Under the pieces are notes generated by a model. That model had not been told where the DNA came from. It searched no databases and saw only the letters and a list, made by a program, of their open reading frames with translations. Source: an uncultured Alphaproteobacteria bacterium (lineage in GTDB: Bacteria > Pseudomonadota > Alphaproteobacteria > HIMB59 > GCA-002718135). From it: DNA of 64,000 bases. A program made the translations under genes and the position numbers. Shown in pieces: positions 25,337 to 33,674 of this stretch (within the stretch, counting starts at the first letter, position 1; every line of letters begins with the position of its first letter). The stretch covers positions 18,767-82,766 of the forward strand of contig CACLXJ010000002.1 in the NCBI GenBank assembly GCA_902610845.1. The letters run 5' to 3'.

Positions 25337-26775
25337 TGAATATTGAATCTGACATAAATTTTGGCCCTAGGTTTAAAAAACAAAGGATAAGCAGAGGTAT
25401 TTCACAAGCTGAATTATCAAAAACTATTGGAATATCTGCTAGTTATTTAAATTTAATTGAAAGTGGAAAAAGAAAAATACCGCTTTCCTTACTAATTAAA
25501 GCAGCTGATAAATTAGATTTATCAATTAAAGACTTCTCAACAGAATCTAGTAAACGACTTCTTTCAGACGTAATGGATGTTTTAAGCAATGAAATTTTTG
25601 ATGATTTAAAGATAACCAATCACGACACAAGTGACTTCATTGGTTCAAATCCTAACATAGCTAAAGCATTACTGACAATAAATGATTCTTTAAAAAGCTA
25701 TAAAGAAGATATGCAAAATCGACTTGAAACGATGGATGTCAATGCAAATCAAATTGAAAAACCAACAAGACTACCTGTAGAAATCGTTTCAGATATTCTT
25801 CAAGAAAATAAAAATTACTTTCATGATTTAGAAATAAGTTCTGAAAATCTAAGAAAAGAAATAGGTCTTGAAACTGGACCTAACATTGGTTCTGGATCTA
25901 AATTGTCACTTTATCTCAAAGAAAAACATGGAATTGAAGTTAAAATAGTAACCATAAACGAAGATGAAAAAATAGTTAAAAGATTTGATGAAAATTCAAA
26001 GATTTTTTATCTTTCTGAAATGTTAACTTATACATCAAGAAACTTTCATTTAGCATCACAAGTTGCTTATTTAGAGGCTAATGATGTTATCAATAAAGTT
26101 ATTAAAGATAATAACGTTGAATCAGAAGAAGTAGAACCTTTGCTTAAACTATCTTTACTAAATTATTATGCTGCTGCTTTTATGATGCCATATAACGATT
26201 TTTTAAAGAGTGCTAAATTACATAAATATGATGTAGAAATTTTGATGCACCATTATGCTTGTAGTTTTGAACAAGTTACACATAGATTAACAAATCTTCA
26301 AAGACCTGGAAACGAAGGAGTGCCATTTCATTTTTTAAAAACAGATATTGCTGGAAATGTGTCAAAGCGATTTTCTTTATCTGGTATTCATATACCAAGA
26401 CATGGCGGTTCTTGTCCTAGATGGAATGTGTATACTGCATTTTTAAATCCTGGAAAAATTCATCCTCAAATATCTAAGATGCCTGATGGACAAGTATATT
26501 TTTGTATCGCTAGAGCTTTTGAGAAAGGAATTGAAAAACATGGAATGCCTAAAAGTTTTGTTTCGATTGGTCTAGGTTGTGATATGAAATACGCTAAAGA
26601 TCTAATTTATTCTGAAGGAATTGATCTAAATAATAAAAAATTACAAATGCCAATTGGAGTTTCTTGCAGGATATGCCCTAGAGTGGAATGTCAGCAAAGA
26701 GCTTTTCCCCCAATTGATAAAGAACTTAAATTAGATATAAAATATCGAGGGACGTCTCCTTACGTTACAATTTAG
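25336..26775 (+). CDS. XRE-family HTH regulator with ImmA/IrrE-like and DUF2083-type C-terminal domains (PrpR/RamB/ScfR short-chain acyl-CoA regulator family)
   Basis: 479 aa. HTH ISQAELSKTIGISASYLNLIESGKR; degenerate peptidase motif region FHLASQVAY; Cys-rich C-terminus (GGSCPRW, CRICPRVEC). Confidence 0.8.
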   Translation: MNIESDINFGPRFKKQRISRGISQAELSKTIGISASYLNLIESGKRKIPLSLLIKAADKLDLSIKDFSTESSKRLLSDVMDVLSNEIFDDLKITNHDTSDFIGSNPNIAKALLTINDSLKSYKEDMQNRLETMDVNANQIEKPTRLPVEIVSDILQENKNYFHDLEISSENLRKEIGLETGPNIGSGSKLSLYLKEKHGIEVKIVTINEDEKIVKRFDENSKIFYLSEMLTYTSRNFHLASQVAYLEANDVINKVIKDNNVESEEVEPLLKLSLLNYYAAAFMMPYNDFLKSAKLHKYDVEILMHHYACSFEQVTHRLTNLQRPGNEGVPFHFLKTDIAGNVSKRFSLSGIHIPRHGGSCPRWNVYTAFLNPGKIHPQISKMPDGQVYFCIARAFEKGIEKHGMPKSFVSIGLGCDMKYAKDLIYSEGIDLNNKKLQMPIGVSCRICPRVECQQRAFPPIDKELKLDIKYRGTSPYVTI

Positions 26776-27781
26776 TTAAATTTTGACTAACATTTTACCT
26801 AAATTTTTACCATTAAGTAGATCTATAAATGCTTTAGGAGCATTTTCTATATTTTCATAAATTGTTTCTTTAAATTTTATTTTTCCTTCTGAAATCCAAT
26901 TTCGCATATCAGTTTCAAAAGGCTCATTATCATTTTCATGATCAAAAATTAAAAAACCTTTAATTGTTAATCTTTTGACTAATACGTGCGCCATATTTTT
27001 TAGTCCAGCAGGAGCAGAAGTTGAATTCATTTGAGATATTCTTCCACAAATAATGATTCTTCCAAAATTTTTCATTCGAAAAATTGCAGACTCTAAAAAA
27101 TCACCTCCAACATTATCAAAGTATAAGTCAAATCCTTCAGGACAAATTTCTTTTAAGTGAAGAACAAGGTTATCAATTTTTTTATAATTAAATGCTACAT
27201 CAATATTTAATTCATTTTTTAACCAATCAACTTTTTCATCTGATCCTGTACTAGCATAAACTTTACATCCTAAATTTTTTGCAATTTGACAAACTGTTGA
27301 TCCAACACTTCCACCTGCTGAAGATACAAGAATACTTTGTCCCCTTTGTATTTTTCCATGATTAAAAAGACCTATATGCAGTCTGCCCTGTCATTCCTAA
27401 AGGTCCTAGATAAGTTTGTAATGGAAGATCAGAATTTTTTATTTTTTTTAAATCACTTCTTTTGCAAATAAAGTTATCTCTCATACCAAAATTACTGAAA
27501 ACAATATCTCCTTCTTTAAATTCTGAATCTTTCGATTTTTGGACTGAACCAATTGCATAACCTTCCATTTCCTCTCCTAGTAAAAAGGGCGGTTTATAAT
27601 TTTTACGTTCTGTCATTCTTGCTCTCATATATGGATCAACAGATATCCATGAATTAAGAACATGAATATTATTTGTTTCATCTAATTCTAAAGTTTTAGA
27701 TTTAATTTCAAAATCATCTTCTTTAGGTAATCCAGTTGGTATATAATTTTTTAAAGCTACATATTTTGAGATTATTGTCAT
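26776..27781 (-). pseudogene. NADP-dependent oxidoreductase (MDR superfamily, PTGR1/CurA/YncB enone-reductase type) disrupted by a frameshift near 27371-27379
   Basis: The N-terminal 139-aa ORF ends ...LGPLGMTGQTAYRSF*. Shifting frame right after TAY gives IGLFNHGKIQRGQSILVSSAGGSVGSTVCQIAKNLGCKVYASTGSDEKV..., which runs in frame into the 99-aa C-terminal ORF. Combined length is about 340 aa. Confidence 0.8.
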
Positions 27782-27783
27782 AA

Positions 27784-28704
27784 TTATAATTTATATTTTT
27801 TCTTTAATTCTAGCAAATCTATTAAGAAATTATCTCTTATGTTACTTAAATCTTTTATAGAATGATTCTTTGATTGTTTTTTTGTTCCTTTGATGATTTT
27901 TTCTTTAAGTTTTTTTGTTAGTTCTGGAGATTTCAGTTTAGTCCATGGAAGTTTCAATGCTGGCCCAAATTGATCTAACATGTGTTTCATGCCCATTTCT
28001 CCTCCAGCTAGATGAAATGTAAGAAAAGTTCCCATTAGAGCCCACCTCATACCAGGACCATAGGTAATCGCTTCATCTAAATCTTTTGTTGAAGCAAATC
28101 CATCATTTACAATATGTAATCCTTCTCTCCACAGAGCTTCCTGTAATCTATCTGATAAAAAGCCTGGCAATTCTTTTTCTACCAGCAATGTTTTCATTTT
28201 AATTTTTTGATAAAATTTTTTTGCTCTATTAAGATATAAATTTGTAGTTTTTTTACCTTTTACAATTTCAACCAATGGGAGAATATATACAGGGTTAAAG
28301 GGATGAGCTATGATTAATCTTTTTGGATTAATACATTTCGATTGTAAATCTGATGGAAGTAGACCAGATGAACTAGAAGCAATTATTGAATTTTTGGGTG
28401 CATATTTACTTATATTTTTTATAATATCTTTTTTTAAAGATAGTCGTTCAGGTACATTTTCCTGAATTAAATCTGCATTTTTCACTGCTTCCTCAATATT
28501 GTCTGCGATTTCCAAATTTTTGAAATCGACCTTTGTATTATATAATTTTTTTATAATTAAGTTTGTCCTTGTTATTTCATCTTTTAGAAAATTTAATTGC
28601 TGAGAATTTTTATCACATGCTTTGACTTTTATACCATTAGCCAGAAATCTAAGTATCCAGCCGGCACCAATTACACCAGTTCCAATGACAGCAATATTTT
28701 TCAA
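27784..28704 (-). CDS. L-carnitine dehydrogenase-like 3-hydroxyacyl-CoA dehydrogenase family protein
   Basis: 306 aa. Rossmann VIGTGVIGAGW; HPFNPVYILPLVEIV; GGEMGMKHMLDQFGPALKLPWTKL. Adjacent to a BKACE gene. Confidence 0.75.
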   Translation of the reverse strand: MKNIAVIGTGVIGAGWILRFLANGIKVKACDKNSQQLNFLKDEITRTNLIIKKLYNTKVDFKNLEIADNIEEAVKNADLIQENVPERLSLKKDIIKNISKYAPKNSIIASSSSGLLPSDLQSKCINPKRLIIAHPFNPVYILPLVEIVKGKKTTNLYLNRAKKFYQKIKMKTLLVEKELPGFLSDRLQEALWREGLHIVNDGFASTKDLDEAITYGPGMRWALMGTFLTFHLAGGEMGMKHMLDQFGPALKLPWTKLKSPELTKKLKEKIIKGTKKQSKNHSIKDLSNIRDNFLIDLLELKKKYKL

Positions 28705-28705
28705 A

Positions 28706-29596
28706 TTAAAAATGTTTTTTTAGTTTTAATTTCTCTCTTGTCTGTTGCGGGGATAAAATAGACGCTCCCATATCTTCAACAATACATCTTGCCTTTTCAA
28801 CCAACTGTGCATTTGATGCAAAAACTCCTTTTTTTAAATAAAGATTATCCTCCAGTCCTACACGAACATTTCCTCCCAAAATAACTGCCTGTGCAGCCAT
28901 AGGCATTTGCGATCTTCCTATGCCAAATCCAGACCAAATACCTTCAGAAGGTACCATTTCAGCCATAGCTTTCATTGCGCTAGTAGTTGCAGGTGATCCC
29001 CAAGGTATGCCAAGGCATATTTGATAAAAAGGAGGGCCATCAATTAAACCTTCTTTATAAAGTTGGTTAGCAAACCATAAATGACCCATTTCAAAAGCTT
29101 CCATTTCTGGTTTCACTCCAAGCTCCTGCATTTTTTTTGCTGCAGTTCTTAGTTGTATCGGTGTATGAATAAATGTCATGTTTGAGTCACCAAAATTTAG
29201 TGATCCGCAGTCTAAAGTACAAATTTCAGGTAATAACTCTTCAACATGTTCTAATCTGCTTAATGCATGGATCATATCTGTATTTGCTCCTACTGGATTT
29301 AAAGGATCTTTACCTGTTCCAACTTCAAAATCACCACCCATACCTGTAGTAAAATTTAAAACTACATCAGTTTCAGAAGAGCGAATTCTATCTGCTACTT
29401 CTTTATAATAATTTAAATTTCTAGTAGGTTTGCCATCAGGTTCCCTTACATGTACATGAGCAATTGCTGCACCCGCTTTGGCAGCTTCAATTGAAGCATC
29501 AGCAATTTGTTTTGGTGTTATAGGTAATTCAGGATGTTTACCTGCTGTATCTCCTGATCCAGTTACGGCACACGAAATTATTACTTCATTATTCAT
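28706..29596 (-). CDS. Beta-keto acid cleavage enzyme (BKACE/DUF849), dehydrocarnitine cleavage enzyme-like
   Basis: 296 aa. N-terminal [13 protein letters not shown] and AHVHVRE segments typical of 3-keto-5-aminohexanoate cleavage enzyme family proteins. Confidence 0.8.
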   Translation of the reverse strand: MNNEVIISCAVTGSGDTAGKHPELPITPKQIADASIEAAKAGAAIAHVHVREPDGKPTRNLNYYKEVADRIRSSETDVVLNFTTGMGGDFEVGTGKDPLNPVGANTDMIHALSRLEHVEELLPEICTLDCGSLNFGDSNMTFIHTPIQLRTAAKKMQELGVKPEMEAFEMGHLWFANQLYKEGLIDGPPFYQICLGIPWGSPATTSAMKAMAEMVPSEGIWSGFGIGRSQMPMAAQAVILGGNVRVGLEDNLYLKKGVFASNAQLVEKARCIVEDMGASILSPQQTREKLKLKKHF

Positions 29597-29638
29597 TATA
29601 TTAAACTACTATATTTTTTGAATTAATAAAGAAAAACA

Positions 29639-30106
29639 ATGAAGATATATTTAAATTCAGGAAGAGTTAAAAAGGAATGGACCGATTACAATGGTCATAT
29701 GAATTTAGCATTTTATATTCATCTTTTTGATGCTGGATGGGAAGTTCTTTTACAAAAATTTAATATGGGGGAAACTTCTGCAAAAACAGAGAAGAAAACT
29801 ACTTTTGCCGTAGAGTCACACACAACTTATGACAAAGAGGTGAAAGAGGGTGATGAAGTAGATATTAATTTATTATTTCTTGATAGGGATAAAAAAAGAT
29901 TAATTTATAAATTAGAAATGACACATAAGATTGAAGGTTATAGAGCAGCAACAACAGAGGTTTGTTCTTTGTATGTTGATTTAAATGTTAGAAAAGTTTC
30001 TGAATTAGAATTAGAAAAGCAAAAAGATATAGATAAATTTATTCAAGAAAATAAAAATAACTTTGATCCAGGTAATCTTACACTAATCAACAAGCTAAAA
30101 AAATAA
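29639..30106 (+). CDS. Hotdog-fold (4HBT/YbgC-type) acyl-CoA thioesterase, betainyl-CoA thioesterase-like
   Basis: 155 aa. EWTDYNGHMNLAFYIHLFD active-site region. Divergent from the BKACE operon with a 42-nt spacer. Confidence 0.7.
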   Translation: MKIYLNSGRVKKEWTDYNGHMNLAFYIHLFDAGWEVLLQKFNMGETSAKTEKKTTFAVESHTTYDKEVKEGDEVDINLLFLDRDKKRLIYKLEMTHKIEGYRAATTEVCSLYVDLNVRKVSELELEKQKDIDKFIQENKNNFDPGNLTLINKLKK

Positions 30107-30685
30107 TTATAAATTTCTATAAGGTGTTCTATTAAATATTCTTTGAACCATTGGAACAAATTCTTTTAAAGGAATTGTATCATAATTTGGATCAAATGAT
30201 GCTTGATCCCATCTTTCACAAAAATCTATAGTGTCTTTAAAGTATTCATGACCTTTGAATTTATCTCTTAGATTTCTATCTTTTCCATAATAATGATTAT
30301 AGTAGTAGGCTTGAAATAAACCGTGTTGTTCTACAATCCATCTTGTTTTTTCAGAAACAAAAGGTTTTAAAACTGCAGCTGCAAGTTCAGAATGATTAAG
30401 AGGTGCGATTTCATCACCTATATCATGCAATAAGGAAGCCACCACCATTTCTTCAGAAGCTTGTTCACGTAACGCTCTTGATGCAGTTTGAAGAGAGTGT
30501 TCTAACCTAGATACCTTATAACCACCTAAAGAATTGTCTAAACTTTCTAGCACTCTCACTATTCTATCAGATGTACCTTCAATAAATTTGTCTTCAAAAT
30601 TAGCAAGAAGTTCATAATCCTCTTTATCACCATGTTTCATTTCAGTGAATTTTACTTCATCTTTAGACATGAAATAATTATACAT
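30107..30685 (-). CDS. HD-domain protein, PhnZ/TmpB/MIOX-like putative diiron oxygenase (COG4341-type)
   Basis: 192 aa. H...HD...H...H...D pattern (SRLEHSLQ, LLHDIGD, LNHSE, VEQHGLF, ERWDQAS). Confidence 0.7.
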   Translation of the reverse strand: MYNYFMSKDEVKFTEMKHGDKEDYELLANFEDKFIEGTSDRIVRVLESLDNSLGGYKVSRLEHSLQTASRALREQASEEMVVASLLHDIGDEIAPLNHSELAAAVLKPFVSEKTRWIVEQHGLFQAYYYNHYYGKDRNLRDKFKGHEYFKDTIDFCERWDQASFDPNYDTIPLKEFVPMVQRIFNRTPYRNL

Positions 30686-30698
30686 ATTTTTAAATTTT

Positions 30699-31682
30699 AT
30701 GAAACTAATTCCTGAATGGTATGAACACCAATACTGTTTGATTGCTTGGCCATGTAATAAAGATCTTTATGGTAAAATTATTAATAAAGCTAGAGACGAA
30801 GTTGCAAATGTAATTAATGAAATTGCAAAAACTGAGCATGTTATTGTATTGTCAAATAAAGAAGACATTAATGAAATTGAAAATAAAACTGATCATAAAA
30901 ATATAGATATTGTAGAATGTAAATTAGATGATTCTTGGATGCGAGATATTGCGCCAATTTTTTATAACGAAAATGAAAAATTAAAATCAATTAGTTTTGA
31001 ATTTAATGGTTATGGAAAGTATCCAGATTATTTAAATGATAATAAAATATCAAAATTTATTTCAAACTTTTTAAATATCCCAACAAAAATTTCTGACTTA
31101 GTCATTGAAGGAGGGGCAATAACTTATGATGATAAAAAAAATTTATTTAGCACTAAAAATGTAATATTTAATAAAAATAGAAAACAAAAACATAATAGTG
31201 AACATATTATTAAAGAATTAAAGCTCTTGTTTGATTTAAATTATATTTTTTTATTTGAAAATGGATTAATGGAGGATGATACAGATGGTCATGTAGATAA
31301 TTTATTATGCCCTATAGGAAAAAATAAATATTTAATTACTACAACTCACAAATTAGATCCTAATTATGAAATATTAGAAAAAAACAAAGATGATCTTATT
31401 AAATTTTTTAAAGATACTAATCAGACATTTGATTTAATTGAAGTTCCTTTACCTACAAGAAAAAAAATTAATAATAAGAATATTATTAGCTCATATATAA
31501 ATTTCTATTTCAGTAAAAATAAAATTATCTTACCTAAATTCAATGTTAAGGAAGACAATGAGGTAAAATTAACTTTTGAAAAGTTATTCCCAAATCGAGA
31601 AATTATAATGTTAGAAACAGAAAATATAAATTATGGTGGAGGAAATATTCATTGTATAACAATGAATGTACCAAAAATATGA
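30699..31682 (+). CDS. aguA: Agmatine deiminase
   Basis: 327 aa. SWMRDIAP and C-terminal catalytic-Cys segment GGGNIHCITMNVP. Confidence 0.85.
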   Translation: MKLIPEWYEHQYCLIAWPCNKDLYGKIINKARDEVANVINEIAKTEHVIVLSNKEDINEIENKTDHKNIDIVECKLDDSWMRDIAPIFYNENEKLKSISFEFNGYGKYPDYLNDNKISKFISNFLNIPTKISDLVIEGGAITYDDKKNLFSTKNVIFNKNRKQKHNSEHIIKELKLLFDLNYIFLFENGLMEDDTDGHVDNLLCPIGKNKYLITTTHKLDPNYEILEKNKDDLIKFFKDTNQTFDLIEVPLPTRKKINNKNIISSYINFYFSKNKIILPKFNVKEDNEVKLTFEKLFPNREIIMLETENINYGGGNIHCITMNVPKI

Positions 31683-32536
31683 AAGTAAAAGTAGCAACAT
31701 CACAATTTAAGGCTCTTAAGGGAGACTTTGACGCTAATTTAAATAAAGCAATTAGTTTAGTTGAAAAAGCTTCAAATGAAAATGTTGATATTTTACTTTT
31801 GCAAGAATTATTTCAAGATTATTATTTTTGTTCAACTAAAAATGATAAATTTTTTGATCTTGCAATTGATTTTCCTTCTCATCCAATGTTCGAAAAATTA
31901 TCTAATATTTGTAAAGATAAAAAGATTTCATTACCAATTAGTTTTTTTCAAAAAAAAGAAAATAAGTTTTTTAACTCTCTAGTTATGATTGATTATTTTG
32001 GTAAAATAAGTGAAGTTTATAATAAATCTCACATCCCTGAAGGGCCTGGATATAATGAGAAGTATTATTTTGAAAAAGGCAACACAGGTTTTATGGTTTT
32101 TGACACCCCTCTAGCAAAAGTTGGCTGTGCAATTTGTTGGGATCAGTGGTTTCCTGAATGTGCAAGAATACTAACGTTGAAAGGTGCTGATTTAATTTTA
32201 TATCCATCAGCAATTGGTTCTGAGCCACACATGCCTGAATTAAATTCAAAAGATCATTGGATCAACACAATGGTAGGACATGCTGCTGCAAATCAAATCC
32301 CTATAATAACTTCGAATAGAATAGGGAAGGAGATCGAAGCTGATATTGAATTAAATTTCTATGGTAATTCTTTTATATTGGATCATCTTGGAAATGTAAT
32401 AAATCGTATGAATGATAAGGATGAGGGAATAATAACTGCGACTTTAGATTTGTTAATTTCTAGAGAATATAGAAAATTATGGGGTAATTTTAGAGACAGA
32501 AGACCCGATCTATATAAAAAAATTCTCGATTTTTAA
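31679..32536 (+). CDS. aguB: N-carbamoylputrescine amidase (CN-hydrolase)
   Basis: Start taken at MKVKVATSQF, which overlaps the aguA stop as ATGA. Catalytic Cys in GCAICWDQWFPE. Confidence 0.85.
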   Translation: MKVKVATSQFKALKGDFDANLNKAISLVEKASNENVDILLLQELFQDYYFCSTKNDKFFDLAIDFPSHPMFEKLSNICKDKKISLPISFFQKKENKFFNSLVMIDYFGKISEVYNKSHIPEGPGYNEKYYFEKGNTGFMVFDTPLAKVGCAICWDQWFPECARILTLKGADLILYPSAIGSEPHMPELNSKDHWINTMVGHAAANQIPIITSNRIGKEIEADIELNFYGNSFILDHLGNVINRMNDKDEGIITATLDLLISREYRKLWGNFRDRRPDLYKKILDF

Positions 32537-32576
32537 TTTATTTTATTTAATGTAATTTTTATTTAGGAGGGGAATA

Positions 32577-33623
32577 ATGCTTAAGTATTTTATATCTCTA
32601 TTAGTTTTTATTTCTTTTTCAGCTCAGGCTAAAGAAGAATTATTTATTTACAATTGGTCTGACTACATTGCCGAAGATACAATTGAAAATTTTGAAAATG
32701 AATTTGGCATTGATGTAACTTATGATGTTTTTGATTCAAATGAGGTTCTTGAAGCTAAACTTTTAGCTGGTGGGTCTGGTTATGATATTGTGGTGCCTTC
32801 AGGTTCTTTTTTAGAAAACCAAATCAAGGCTGGAGTTTTTCAAAAACTTGATAAATCTGAATTATCGAACTTAGGAAATTTAGATCCAGAAGTTTTATTA
32901 AAGATAGACGCACATGATCCAGGCGGTCAGTATTCTGTAAACTATATGTATGGCACAACTGGCATTGGTTACAATACTGATAAGGTTGATGAAGATGAGG
33001 TTACTAGTTGGAGCGTTTTATTTGACCCAGCAATAGCTTCTAAATATGAAGATTGTGGTATAGCAATGTTAGATGCACCATCTGAAGTAATGGAAATTGC
33101 CTTAAAATATGTAGGTAAAGATCCTAACACCGAAGACGAAAATGATTATAAGGCTGCTCTTTCAATGTTGCAGGAAATTAGACCTTTTATTAGGTATTTT
33201 GATTCTTCTCAATATATAGATGATCTTGCTAATGGTGAAATTTGTCTAGCTATGGGATGGTCAGGTGATGTTTTTATTGCCGCTTATGAAGAAATAGAAC
33301 CAGTTTGGTATTCTATTCCTTCAGAGGGAACTGTAATTTGGTTTGATATGATGGCAATTCCAGCTGATGCAAAAAATGTTTTAAATGCACATAAGTTTAT
33401 AAATTATATTTTACGCCCTGAAGTTGCTGCAGATATTACAAACTATGTTTGGTATTCTAATCCAAACAAAGCAGCTAATGAGCTAGTTGATCCAGAAATT
33501 TTAGGAGACCCAGCTATTTATCCAGATGAAGCAACTTTAGGTATGCTATTTGCTGATACTGCTGACTCACCTAAAAAAGCACAATTATCAACTAAATATT
33601 TTAATAAATTTAAATCAAATTAA
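32577..33623 (+). CDS. Polyamine (putrescine/spermidine) ABC transporter substrate-binding protein, PotD/PotF family
   Basis: 348 aa. Signal peptide, YNWSDYIAEDTIENFE start of the mature protein, strong RBS AGGAGGGG. Confidence 0.9.
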   Translation: MLKYFISLLVFISFSAQAKEELFIYNWSDYIAEDTIENFENEFGIDVTYDVFDSNEVLEAKLLAGGSGYDIVVPSGSFLENQIKAGVFQKLDKSELSNLGNLDPEVLLKIDAHDPGGQYSVNYMYGTTGIGYNTDKVDEDEVTSWSVLFDPAIASKYEDCGIAMLDAPSEVMEIALKYVGKDPNTEDENDYKAALSMLQEIRPFIRYFDSSQYIDDLANGEICLAMGWSGDVFIAAYEEIEPVWYSIPSEGTVIWFDMMAIPADAKNVLNAHKFINYILRPEVAADITNYVWYSNPNKAANELVDPEILGDPAIYPDEATLGMLFADTADSPKKAQLSTKYFNKFKSN

Positions 33624-33639
33624 AAAATATACTTCATTT

Positions 33640-33667
33640 CAGCACTAATATATTAATATTAGTGCTG
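33640..33667 (+). terminator. Perfect 12-bp hairpin between binding-protein gene and ATPase gene (attenuator or mRNA-stabilising structure; weak U-tract)
   Basis: CAGCACTAATAT-ATTA-ATATTAGTGCTG read directly. It lies 16 nt after the stop and 7 nt before the next ATG. Confidence 0.5.
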
Positions 33668-33674
33668 ATTTAAG

